A DNA stretch of 64,000 nt, taken from assembly GCF_018350175.1 (NCBI RefSeq), contig NC_058368.1:205966001-206030000 (forward strand), read 5' to 3'. The stretch's first letter is position 1. Every line of letters starts with the position of its first letter. This DNA is from Felis catus. Lineage: Eukaryota. Below, one piece after another: positions 11,365 through 25,000 of the stretch. Position numbers and translations under genes: made by a program. Below the pieces are notes generated by a model. It had not been told where the DNA came from and made no database searches. It saw only the letters and a list, made by a program, of their open reading frames with translations.

Positions 11365-14249
11365 GTGAGTGATATAATGATTTCATTTGTAATCTTAATA
11401 TTTCAGAGTTATGGATCATGTTTCCAACAAACATACCCTTTCATGCGTGAAAATACATAACTCAGATTATAACCACTTATTTGCCTTTCTACCTAGCTTA
11501 AATCTCAAAAGAACTAAAAGATCATGTCTCTTAAAGAACTTCCAGAGAACTACCTTGTTGAGATCAAGTTTTTTCTATGAGTTACACTAGAGTTAAAAGT
11601 AAAGCAAACATACCCTTTAGTCAAAAGATGAGTCATACTCCTGGACACCCCAGCCTATCCTAGCAATGGTACATATCATTTTTTGAGCCTCTGGGGAATG
11701 CACAGAAGAACAAAATATGAAATAAAGAGATTCAAGAAATTTACAAGGAGATGGAAAGGAAGAACCTGCAGCTGGGGGCAAACTAGAACATCCTTTGAAC
11801 TGTCGGGTAAGATATGCTGAACTGCCTTACAGATAGATCGTTCATGTGAGGCGTGTACATCAGAAGGTGACAGGTCAGAATAAGATGGACTTCACTCTAC
11901 ACTAGAATTCTCTAAATGCTCACAAAGCTGTCTTCAATGGTTCAGTGGGATCACTGACTTTTAGAGTACAAGGGAGGTGGCAATTATAAGAAACTAGAGA
12001 ATTGGTACTCTCCCACCATGGCACCACAGAAGATTTTTTCTATTTTCCTCTATTCACTGAACATTCTTTTGTTCCATGTCTCTATGAAAATGGTATGGTA
12101 ATGGGTAAAATGCCCACATATAATTTTAGATGTTTCAAAATGCCCAGAGATGTTGGAAATTCATAAATAAGGAAACATTTGATATTTTATGCTGGGCCAT
12201 GGTAATAACAAAATTAGAGAAATAATTATCTTTATTTGAATGAAAATTAATCCTTTTAACATGAAACAATTTTTCCTCATAACAATAAAATGTTATCAAA
12301 TGAGAAGATACCAGTTAGTTCTTTTATTAGCATCTCCTCAAATCAGAAGCTTTGACATTACTGTCTTAATTTATAGCATTTTCCAAATTGCCTCAGAACA
12401 GTTATACCCAGAGAAGAGATCAGAATAATTTTATAAGGATTCTGTTCTTGCGGTTTTTGATATTAGTTGGAATAAAGTCCATCTTTGCCTTTCAAGCTTT
12501 TGGAAGTTGAAACAGATACTTTCTGCTGAGAACTGAGAACTGGTAGTCTCTTGTAATTCAACTTCCCCCAATCATCTACATGTTAATTCAACAAAATGCT
12601 TTAAAATTTTGTTTTCTCTGCAATTGAAGGAACTATTCTGGAAGAAAACCATTTCTTCAAAATGTATGAGAGAAGTAAATAAATAAACAACAACAACAAA
12701 ACCCTTTTCTGTTTAGGCTTCCTTGTTGATGCAGTTCCTATATGAGAAGATCCCAGTTTGGGTGTGAGAGGGTAGAGTGGTGGTCAGTCTAGTGGTTGGT
12801 TAACAGGGAAACTTCACATTCTTTAGGAGTCTAAGCTCTCAAGGACCCTGAAGCCAGTGAAAAAATACCCAATCTGGAGTTTGGGTCTGATGTTTAAGAC
12901 TCATTCTATTCTGTCTAATCATAAGCTAAATTCTGTCTGGACACTCTTTGTCCCAATGTCCTATGGTTCCGGGCTGCCCAGGAAAACTAAGAAAGATAGG
13001 TGACAACCCGGGAACCAAAATCAGCAGGCAAGTGTAGCAACCTTTAATTTTTGCGATTCAAATAGCCTAGGGCAGTAGTCGCTTATAGATAAGTAGCAGC
13101 TTATCTATGAGTTACATTTAAAAAGCTTGGATGAAAAGCATAGGAAGAATGTTCAGTTTCTGTCTACCTTCCCCAGACAGTGATAATGTATTCTGTTCTT
13201 TGTGTCTCACTCAATGCTGAGCAGTACACAATGGATACTCCAATGTATGTCAATTCCATTTTAAATTGAAGGACATTCTGTCACGTGTCAATAGTTTTGG
13301 TTGCTTTTATGGTAGCTTTTTTCTCTGAGCTTGTAGGGGAGTTCAAAAATCTCACTGGTTTATTAAGAAGAAGTGCTCTAATATTTGAGCATATTGAAGA
13401 AATAATTATTACATCTGATCCCAAACTCTTAGTTTGAATGAAGATTAACAAAATGATGAACCCATTTTTTTTTGGCCGAAGTATCCTCTTATCACAACTA
13501 AGAAATGTAAGATATTAAAATATATTAAAAAATACATTAAAAATACATAAAAGTACATAAAAAATACATTAAAATATAATCAGAAACTTACCCTCTGAAA
13601 CATTTGAGGTGGCCATATTTCAGTAGGGCAATTTGGCAATACTTATTAATATTTTAAATTTCACATGATTTGACTAAGTCACCTACTGCTAGGAACACAC
13701 CCATTGGTCCCATGCATATACTACAAAAGTATATATACTAAGATACAATATGAAGGTGTTTATGGCAGTGTAGGTGTAAACTAAATGCCTAAAATTAGGA
13801 TAATAGTTAAATCCAATGTAATACACCCATATTGGTATAAAACTATGCAACCATTAAAAAGATGAAGTAGATATGCATCTATCAATATAGAAAGATAGTC
13901 AAAGTGTATTATGAAGTGAAAACAGCAAAGTACAGAGTAATATACATCACATGTCCTATTCATGTGCATATATTTAAAGAACATGCATATGTATATGTGT
14001 AAGGTAATGTACAGAAGAATTTTCCTTCCATTGGATACCTATAAAAAGATAAAACAGTGATTATGTGTGGGGACTGATTCTGGCTACAGGTAAAAGAGAA
14101 ATCTGGCCTTGTATTTTTCTTTCTTGCCTGTTTAAAAATTTCAAATATAAGCACGTGTTGTTTTTATTTTTTGAAAGTCAGCAGAAATTTTCTGGTTGAT
14201 TATATTATAAACCATCTTAATTTTCTTCTTCATACATTTTGATACAATT

Positions 14250-14277
14250 TAAAATTTTTTAAATGTTTCTTTATATC

Positions 14278-14318
<41 letters not shown>

Positions 14319-14476
14319 GGGGGAGGAGCAGAGAGAGGGAGACACAGAATCTGAAGCAGGCTTCAGGCTCCGAGCTGTCAGCATAGAGCCTGACATGGGG
14401 CTTGAACTCTCAAACTGAGAGATCATGACCTGAGCTGAAGTCAGACTCTTAACCGACTGAGCCACCCAGGCACCTC
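14250..14476 (-). mobile_element. SINEC
   Basis: Reverse SINEC with (GA)n; TSD ACATTTTGATACAATT. Confidence 0.92.
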
Positions 14477-14941
14477 ACATTTTGATACAATTCAGAACTT
14501 AATAAATGTTATCAGATAAATAAGAGGTGGACTAACCAAATAAATTACAAGTGCTTTAAAAGAAATTCGAATGTCAAAAGGTGTAATTTTTTATTTCAGT
14601 GAACTGTTATAACAAACTAGAGGTAAAGCAGTTATGCTACAAACCATCACTCGTGAAAACAATGGAAGACAATTAGACAAGCTCATTTCTAAAATCTATC
14701 AAATATCCTTAATTTGACAGAAAATTTAAGAACAGTTATTACAAAATGGCTGTAATTATGGACTCACATTATTATATTCCTATTTCATAAGAACCAATTT
14801 CTAAACTGTTTCCCAGACTCCATTCAAAAATATTTACTCATTATATGCTATGCTTGCTCTCATTCTTCTTAATGCTGAAATGAATAAAACAGACAAAAGA
14901 GATCAACCACCATGCTGTTTGCATTCTAAGGAAGAAGGAAA

Positions 14942-15147
14942 GGGGCACCTGGGTGGCTCAGTTGGTTAAGCAGCCAACTGTTGATTTTGCCTCAGGTCAT
15001 GATCTCACAGTTCATGAGTTCGAGCCCTCCATCGGGCACTGACAGAACTGAGCCTGCTTGAGATTCTCTCTCTCTCTCTTTCAGCCCCTCCTCTATTCAC
15101 TCACCCTCTTTTTCTCTCAAAATAAATAAATAAACATTTTAAAAAAG
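14942..15147 (+). mobile_element. SINEC
   Basis: Head ggggcacctgggtggctcag; TSD gaagaaggaaa. Confidence 0.9.
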
Positions 15148-15514
15148 AAGAAGGAAAAGGGGAAGAGGAGATATTTATTTAAACTTCAGTAATTTATGTA
15201 TCAGGAGGGGATGTATAACAAAGAAAAACAAAGCAGTGAAGGAGGGTGGGAAACACTGGTGGAAAATTGCAATTTCAAATAAAATGTTCAGAGATCTGGT
15301 TTTATTTGTAGGATGAAAAGTAACTAAAGTCATATTTTTAATTTTTTTTGAATATGAATAGCCTTATTTAATATCAAAACGTATTTTTGGTCTTCACATG
15401 ATCCTCGCTTCTACTTAAGAGCCCCTAATTTTGAAAAATGCATAAACAATAGCTATAATTAAATTTGTTGCACTCTTAAATGTTATTACTTACTTTTTTT
15501 TGAAAAAGCTAATT

Positions 15515-15665
15515 TTTATTGAGTGATGATTCCATGCCAAGGATTGTCCTAAGCACTTTACATGAATTTTCTTACTGAACTCTAGCAAAAACCTTATGAA
15601 CAAGGGAGAGTATTATTGCTGTTTTACAGATGACGAAACTGAGACACAGAGAAATTAGGTGAATG
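15515..15665 (-). mobile_element. MIR
   Basis: Core motif gttttacagatgacgaaactgagacacagaga. Confidence 0.7.
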
Positions 15666-15762
15666 CCATTTTACCTCTTTAAATGAAAGTTAGAGCAGCA
15701 TTTTCTATATATACTTAATCATGTTGCATGTTTTGTGAGAGATACTAAGATCAACACAGCTA

Positions 15763-15980
15763 GGGGCGCCTGGGTGATTCAGTCAGTTGGACGTCCAACT
15801 TCAGCTCAGGTCATGATCTCCCAGTTCATGGGTTCGAGCCCCGCATCAGGCTCTGTGCCAAGAGCTCAGAGCCTGGAGCCTGCTTGGGATTCTGTGTCTC
15901 CCTCTCTCTGCCCCTTCCTCGCTCGTGCTCTCTCTCTCTCAAAAATAAATAAACATTTTTTTTCAAAAGAGAAAAAAAAT
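15763..15980 (+). mobile_element. SINEC
   Basis: Typical head, body and tail; explains the first third of ORF 15735..16376. Confidence 0.9.
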
Positions 15981-16851
15981 CAAATAACAACACTGGGAGC
16001 AGAAGTGGTTTTGCAAATTCCTTTCAATAGCTCACAGATCGTCAAGGCTCCACAGCACACAGAGGGGAACCACTGGTCAAAGTTTTCTCTGGCATTCAGT
16101 TACATCTGGAAAAACCCTCTTGTGGCCCGGGTGGTAGAGTTCAAAGCAACTAGATGTTCCAGTTACACAATCATTAATGTGATTAGAAGTTCAGTGAAAG
16201 GGTGCACCTCATCCAAGAATGAGGAGTCTTCGGCTCTTAGTTGCCATGTAGTCTCAACATTATTGTACCTCCTTAAGCCTCAGTTCATTATCCAGGAAAT
16301 GAGGGGGTTTAACCTGGAGATTTCAAAGATCCATTTCAGCTCTAACTTCTGTGACTCCATAGGTAGAGACAGTTAAACATTGAACTCTCTTTATCAGGTT
16401 TCTAGGATACCAAGAAATTAGAGCTTCCAGAAAAATGCTCCAAACTCCTCCCCCAGTCCGGAAGAGTATGAAAACTTGCCACGTAATTGAGGGTACTGCC
16501 CACACAAAATTCCATTTTGGAATGAAGTGTAATACAAATGTATATACTGCAACACTTTGTCTTATAGCCTGTCACTAACAGCTCAGAGAAACTTACTAGT
16601 ACTGGGAGTTGTAACTATGGGAATATCCACTCTAAAAATATAAGTAGGATCTTAAAAAAGAAAGTAGGATTCGTAGTCATGAGCACGGGGATTTATAGGT
16701 GTAAACTTGCGTTAAGGGGGGCGGGGAGGCGCAAATAATTTCTAAGATCATAGCTGAGTCTGTAACTGAGAGTGACTTGTAAAGTTTTACCCCCAACAAC
16801 TGTTTGATATGTATTTTATCATTCCCCTTCAGGGCTTAGAGGTTTCAAGGC

Positions 16852-16994
16852 ATGGCCAGACACTCCATCTTGTATTTCATCCTCCTGAGTGCTCTGATTG
16901 ACAAGTGCCAACCCTGTTTCTGTGATCATTACCCATGGAGTCAGTGGTCCAGCTGCTCAAAAACCTGCAATTCTGGAACCCAGAGCAGACAGAG
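16852..16994 (+). CDS. C6: C6 exon 2, coding part (signal peptide, start of TSP1-1); exon begins at 16833
   Basis: Acceptor ccccttcag ends at 16832; ATG 16852; [48 protein letters not shown]; donor AG|GTGGGT; 143 coding nt, phase 2. Confidence 0.97.
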
Positions 16995-19023
16995 GTGGGT
17001 TCGAGCTATGAAGATTGACTTTGTGCCATGGGAAACCTCACAGACAGACTTAGCAATATCAAAAGTGCCACACCCAGCAATGAGGAAGAAAAAAAGTATA
17101 TCTCAAAGTAAGAAATCATGGGATTCGATTTGGATGGAATTTGAGGTCTTTTCCACATACGGTTGAAAGGAAGTCTGCATTTGTTCTCTCCATAAAATCA
17201 AGGAGCTTCGAAGAAATTTAATTAAGAATGTGTGCAATATTTTCTGTTGACTATTTAACTTGCTAAGAATCTCTACTCAAGCCTTTTTTCAATCAGTGTA
17301 TAGCTCCACTTGCCTACAGTTAGTGAGTTAATTATAGAGAATTTTCTACTCATTAAACTGAGTCTAACAGGACCTCAATTGAGCAGCGCTATTAGCTATT
17401 AGCTTGATTGTCAGCAAGTAGAAGAAGGCAGGAAAACCGTGTTTAATTGAAAACATTTAATAATTCAGTGTTCTCACCGATTCAGACTACTTAGCCCCCA
17501 CAGTTTCTTTAAAACTGTTCAATGTTTCTGTTCCATGAAGATGCTCACATGACTAGGGAAGAAAGGTATATATTTAATGTGCTTTAATCATTATAGGTTT
17601 TTAGAGACCTATTTTACAAAACTCTTTTTACATGCGCAGTGTGAGTCTCATTAAAATCACCAGCTGACTCCCCCAATAAACCATCCACTAAGTAGGTTAA
17701 AGCTTTAATAGTCCTTCACTCAAGAGTCCCTCAGTAGCTCTCCACTGGCTACCAAATAAAGCACAACAATACACCCGGCTCTTCTCCACCAGCACCACCC
17801 GGGCCCATCCACCAACTCCTCCATGGATGCTTCCTGTTCTTCCACCTGTAATCTTGGCATGTGCCTTTCCCCCCCGCATACCCTGCCCTTTGATGCCTGG
17901 AGGCGTCTCATGAATTTTTCAAAATTTATCTCTCCTATTATTTTTCTCTTTGGATCTTTGGCCTCACAGCACTCTGACTCTGTCTCAATCATTATACTTA
18001 TTACACTGTGTTGTCATAATGTAAGGAATTTGCAGAAACTTTCTTCTTTCTTTTCTTTCCTATCCAGTCCCTTCAGAGACTTCCATGAGGGCCAGCTTCC
18101 TGGATGTGTTTCCTATGCAGTCACACAGGACCACACTGAGAAGGGCTCCATGCTTGGCTTAATGCTCTGCCGTCGCTGTCTCAAAATTCCTAATAATGTT
18201 TTAACAAGAGGCCCCTCATTTTCATTTTGCACTGGGCCCCAAAAATTATGTATCCAGTCCTGAATGCCGTTAAGTGGTAAGAACTGCACGGATGCCAACC
18301 TGCCTGACTTTCCAAAACAATTTCTTTCCTTTTATTCATCGTGGTCAATGCTCAGTGGTATTTTTCTTATGGGGATGGAACCACAGTGAATATACTCATT
18401 CTAAGCAGATCTTTTCTCACTATTACAGAAAAATCGTAGTTGATCAGTACTATCTGGATAACTTTTGTGACCAGCTTTGCACTAAGCTGGAGACTAGAGA
18501 ATGTAACCTGCAACGTTGTCCCATCAACTGCCTTCTGGGAGATTATGGACCATGGTCAGCCTGTGACCCTTGTGTCGAAAAACAGGTAGGTGACCCATGG
18601 GCATCTTCAGGAAATCTGAATCACAATAAAAGATTTGGATGACCTGACAGGATCAACAATCACAGAAATGCTCAATTTCCTCAGTTTCTGAAAATACACC
18701 ATTCCAGCTTCCATTGAGGGAAAATTCCATTTAGCAATCTTTCAAAGGAAATTCTGCCCCCAGTATTGATATTATTCTTATTGAGCTCTGGATTCCACTG
18801 CCTGTTCCCTCTGAGAGCTCAGAAAGCAAAAGCAGGTGCTAGAAAATGGAGATTTCAGTCCAAAATTTAAAATCAGACAAATGAGGGACATTAGATACAC
18901 CCACGTGGCTCCATCGGTTAAGCATCTGACTCTTGATTTCAGTTCAGGTCATGATCCCAGGGTCATGGGATCAAGCCCCAAGTCAGGCTCTATGCTGAGC
19001 ATGGAGACTGGAGCCTACTTAAG

Positions 19024-19074
<51 letters not shown>

Positions 19075-22000
19075 GTCTTGCACATGAATTCTCTCTCTCT
19101 CTCTTAAAAAAAAATGAGAGACATTAATCAAAAGACTGACTCCTGGCCCTGCTTCTAATTTCCCTCTCCCCATGGGAAAGTCCCTCCATTTGTTTATTGT
19201 TTCCAGCTGCAGTATTTACTCACTTCAGCTCATTCCTGTAAGGGCATTGGCCCACAGAAACCCCAATCAGAGTGGGTGCTCAGCAGTCACACATTTGGGA
19301 AGAAAAAGGAACTCATTTGTGGAGCACCCACTGTCTGAGGGAAACTGTTCTAGGCCCTTATATCACCTTGTTCACACATGAGAGTGTGCTTTCCTACCCA
19401 TTTTACAGATGAGGAAGTTAGAGCTCATTAGGAAATAAGTAATTTTCCCAAGAATATGCCTCTGATGAGTAGAGACACTATATTTTGAAGCTGAATTTTT
19501 CTGACTTCAAAGTCAGTACTTTTTGATCTTGTCATGTGTCTATCCTTCCCTGACTCCCTGTTTTATTACTCACCATTTAAAATCCTTTAAAATGTGGAGA
19601 ATATGTCAACCTTGTTTTCCATGTTGACTTCCTTATGCAAAAAACAAAAACAAAGACAAAAACCCCAAATCCCTTCACATTGATCACTTCACACTACCTT
19701 TGAGATATAAAGATGCTATTGTTACTCCCTGGAAGATTTACTGCATGTGAGACACTCAGTAAATATCTGTGCATTTGATTTTGATATAATTTATTCTCAT
19801 ATGGTTTCAGAGTAAGAAGTCTTAGAAATCTTTGGTCCTGCTTTCCCATTTTACAGTTTGGAAAACTGAGGCCCAGAGAGGTGATGACTTTTCTAAGGGC
19901 ATGCAATAATGGAACTGGAATATTCATTACTTAATTTAGGAAACATCACTAGAGGAAGAATATATATAGGCTATGACCCTGACTCAGAGTTCCTCACCTT
20001 TTTCTCCTTTCCTTTCAGTTTAGGGTTAGATCCATCTTGCGCCCCAGTCAGTTTGGAGGACAACCATGTACTGAGCCCCTGGTGACTTTCCAACCATGCA
20101 TTCCATCTAAGCTCTGCAAAATTGAAGAGGTTGACTGCAAGAATAAATTCCGCTGTGACAGTGGTAATGTACTATAAAAAAGGTTCAGTCTCCACTAAAA
20201 ATGACTTGACTAAATAGTTATTCCAATTGACTACCAGTAAAAGCCATGATAGAGAAGTCTAACCATATTTTAAGTATGGCAAGACAGGGGAGTTATGGTA
20301 CCAATTGCCAAGCTATTCATGTATGAAATTATAGCTTTCAAGTTATAATCACTTTGACCATGTGCATGATCCATTTACTCTTCAAGTACTGATGCCCAGG
20401 TCCCTACACTGTGATAAAGCAGGATGAAGAGAGGAGGAGGAAAAGGAAGAGAAAGTAGATACTTGTAAAACTCAGCTATTAATAAGCACAAATCCATAAT
20501 CAGAATAAGCAGCTGAAACGAATTACAGATATAAAAGATCTTCAATATAGTTTATTAAGATAAGAATATTAAGATATATCAGGGGGATGACTACAGATGA
20601 TGTGACAGATTTTCTTGGGTGGTCCACTGAAAGGCTCCAAAGGTAATTCCAAAAGGAAGATTGAAAATGATTTAAATAGTGGCAACACTCCCATCAAGTC
20701 CATTACTCATTCAGATATTTCAGTTTCATTAGATTAGATTTCAAATCTTGAATATATTACTTAATCATATGTATCCTCAATAATTAACAGCTCTTCAACA
20801 CCACCATTTTGAACACTTTAAATCTGATTTCTGTGAACTTTTTCAGTTAAGGTCCAGACAGTAAATATTTTAGGCTTTTTGACCATACATTTTTTGTTGC
20901 AACTACTCAACTCTGACATTGTAGCATAAAGCTGCCATAGACCACATATAAACAAATGGTCATGGCTGTGTTCCAATCAAATTTTATTTACAAAAACAGG
21001 CAGCAGGTGAGTTTTAGCCCGTCAGCCATAGTTCACTCACCTCTTATCTAAATAGTCAATTTGACATAAAAATTGGAATTCAGGTGAATAAAACCCATAT
21101 AATTTTTGTGTACTCTGGTACACAATGACAAGTAAAGTATTTATAACTTAAAGAGCAGATTTCAAATTCCACAGAAAATTGACCCAGACCTTAGATCTAA
21201 CATTCTCCTCCTCTTGCTCCTTGCTTACTGCCTTCAGCTTTGCTGGCCTCTTCAAAAGTTGGACAAGAATGCTGGCATCAGGATTTTTCTTCTGTGCCAT
21301 ACCCCCCCCCCCCCCCCCGCCAAAACCTGGGATATGAGGATGGCACATGGGTAGGAAGACACACTTCACGGCTACATGCATAAGGTCATGTCACTAGTTG
21401 ACAAAAGAGGGAATATGGAAAAAATCTTGATGGCAATGACTGAGCAGAATACAGACTTAGGAATTAAATCCAGAATATTAAGATAAAGATTTAGAACTGA
21501 GGTGCAACTATTCGAAGCTTGAAGGGTAGTTTTGGAACAAATTACCGGAAAGAACTCCTTTCTTTAATGGATGTTAAATCTATGAAATTTACTACAAAAG
21601 GGCTTTGTTTAGGTCAAAATATTCACAAGTTTGACAAGGCTTTAGATACATCCATGAGCCACCTATTCATAATAAGTGATTTCAGGAAAGCTAGTGGGGT
21701 AAGGACAGGTGATCTCTAGTTCATCAACAGTACACCCACAGCAAATGATAAAAATGGACTATTAACATGCACGTGCCATGTTTGGTAAGCTGCTCCTACC
21801 CTGAGCTCTCTTAGTAACCCCTGAGCTGCTGTCCAGATGCCTTCACCAGGAATCCCTAGATCTTCCCATGATCCAGCCACTAAGTAGCTAATCCCTGGCA
21901 CAGATGTGCTTGGCATCCATTTTGATTGGGTGGTACCATGGCCTATTGGTTGTTAAATATTCCACCGAAGATTATATACCACTTTGCTCTTCTAAAACCA

Positions 22001-25000
22001 TATGCTAATGCCACTCTCAAAGAGAATAAAAGATTAGATGGACCATTATTCGACTCAATAGGATGTTTGGCCTTCAATTAACAAAGAACTGTTTATTCTA
22101 AAGAGAGTTTCCCCATAAGAGGCTCCTAAAAACTGAGAACAAACTGAGGGTTTATGGGGGGAGGGAGGGAGGGGTGGGTGGGTGATGGATACTGAGGAGG
22201 GCACCTGTTGGGATGAGCACTGGGTGTTGTATGGAAACCAATTTGACAATAAATTTCATAATAAAAAAATGAAAATAAAAAAGAATAGCTAAATTAAAAA
22301 AATAATAAAAAATAAAAAATACTTTTAATAAAAAAATAAACATTTAAATAAAAATAAATTAATTAAAAAAAATAGAGTTTCCCTCTTCCCTTTCTTCTCT
22401 CATGATTGCTGTTCAGAGTTCTCCAAGACTAAATGTATGATTTCAATGCATACATGGATCTTTGAGAATTACCCATGAGGCTAATAATCCCCATGCACTA
22501 TGCCAACTCCTCTGTCAAAATCCTAATTTTAAGCATAAACACTAGAGAATTTATAGCTCATTATGCATATAACATACCACTGCAGTAACACAAATCAGTT
22601 CAAGTAAATAGGAAAAATATGTACGGTTTCTAAATGATGCACAGCTCTAGGTGCAAGTTTATATACGCATGCATTGGCTAAAGCATGCTGACTTCTGCAG
22701 ATCCTGCACTATATCAAACTGCCCTTCACCTTTCCCATTCCTTTCCTGGTATGAGATATATTTATGGCTCACAGTATCTCTCCCATTGTGCTTCCTATTC
22801 CATTGAGTCTCTGTGGCCTGGAACCATTCTCAGCTGTGTACTATCAGATCTATATCGCTGGTACCACCCACCCCTAAATATCACTCAAAAGATGTCCTCT
22901 TGCCTTCATCCCTACCCTTGCTAATAGTTCCTCTTCAATATCCCCAGAAGAACCAAATGGATAGGTTTTCTTATATTCAAACAGATCTAGTACCCTACTC
23001 ACAAAGCTAGGCTAATGAGAACTATATCCTGCAGGTATATCCCTACCTCTACCTGATAAAATGGGATTTTCTTCTTTTACTGTAACCAAATCGAAAATTA
23101 GCTTTTGCTCAATTTCACTCAATTACAAGTGTGAAGCTCAAAACTTTTAAAAAATGTAATATTTGGGTTTTGTTTCCTTTGGACAAAGCATCTATATTTC
23201 AAACTAAATTATACATTCTGTTCTGCCCTGAAAAAAGCAAACAAACAAAACACCAGAGATGTGCTATTTTAAAAACAGAGTATCTTTCAGGTTATATCTT
23301 GGGATTCACAGAAATTCAATTTTCTCAAAGTATTCAGTCTTGTGTGACTATGGTGCTCATAACAATAATTGTTTCTAATCATAGTCCAGATACAATGCAA
23401 AATGTTGAATAATAAAGAAAGAGACTTAATTACTTTCATTTTTCTCTACCTTCTTAGTGAAGATTATTTACCGAAAGAGTTGAAACTAAGTGCTTTCTGG
23501 GTAACTCTCTAGTAATACAAAAATTAAATTCAACAGAATATCCAATTTCCCCAAAGCATTTCAGTTAGTCAAAATAGTCATGCATAGCTGCAGGAAGATG
23601 CCCCTCACAACTTAAAGTAATTAACCAGATCATCTTGAGTAAAACATTTAATTTAATCTTGTCATCAGTGAGACCTGTACATAATTGTACAGACGCCAGA
23701 ATCCCCGATTCTATGCCAAAGGCTAAGGGACAGGAGAGGGGCTGTCATTGTACATAAGGCATTTCAATTTCTGTAATATATACATATACATGGAGTCCAA
23801 GGATCCTTATGATATTCGGCAAATTTTAAAAGGAAGATAACTATCTAAGTACATGGGGTTTGTACTATTTTGTAAATTCACTCACTTAATCTGCTACCTA
23901 ACACTGTAGTACCTAGGCATTTAACTTGTTCAAAAACTGAGATATAATAAATTTTATGTTCTTGAACATAAGATTTAAAAAAAATCACGCAGCATGACTC
24001 TAATGTGTCTGGCTTCTCTCACTCAACGTAAAAATGTAGAGATACAGTGATATTATCATGTGTATATATTAAATTATAGGGTTTTTAAAAAATAAAAACA
24101 GTGACCTTGATTTTGTTCTGAATCAAAACAGAAGTCTGAACTTACTGTTGATTTTCTCCTACAGAACATGATCTCTACAGCAAGTTCACTGTAATGAGAA
24201 TGGGATCCAGCACTACCTCCCTTATTTAAGACAATTAGCCCAATGGTGACTAAGTAATTCTAGGGTGACCCTGTAACCCTAAAAAAAAGGGAAAATAGCA
24301 GCTTAGCATCTATTTCCATATTTCCTAAATCTGTATCAAAAATAATGAAAACTTTCCCTCACAACTCTCCCTTGAAACTTAAAGCACTCACTCATTTAAG
24401 ATCAATGGATATTTTCTCAAATAATCGTTTGTTGTTAATGTTGTTTGCTTTTCCTGACTAGGCCGCTGCATTGCCAACAGGTTACAGTGCAATGGAGAAA
24501 ATGACTGTGGAGACAATTCGGATGAAAGGGATTGTGGAAGAGTAAAAGCACGGTGCCCACACAAGCAACCCATCCCCAGCGTACAGTTGATGGGCACTGG
24601 GTATGTAATGTCTTTTTATCATTTAAGGGAGTAAAGTCATCTCTGAATGAATGCTCTGGAAGTAGCAATGAAAACAATGAGAAACGAGAAACATGATTGT
24701 CCACCTTCTTCATCAACCTCTCACGACTCCTACCAGCCCTGTCTCCAATGCTTGGCTTCTGGCTCAGGCAGTATGTGGACATGGTCCTCACTCCTAGGGA
24801 GCAAAAGAATTTAGCGTTTTCACAATTAGTCTGTACCAGGCAATGCCACAGGCTCTTCATCAACATTGTTACCATTCTCATATATCCTTCAGACAGGTCT
24901 GGAGTGAATCAGGCAAACTGGTAGGATGCCAGCCATTCTGGAAAATACTAAGGTAGATTCCTGGGGCTAGGTCTTGAATGGGTGAGTAACCAATCAAAAA

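Noticed and set aside
15735..16376. Longest ORF in the track (213 aa)
   Set aside because: It starts at GTG, the first third is SINEC translation (AQVMISQF...SPASGS), and the rest resembles no protein I know; a chance intronic ORF.
21302..21318. C17 homopolymer as a functional G4/i-motif
   Set aside because: Isolated deep-intronic run with no supporting context; its length is also unreliable in assemblies.
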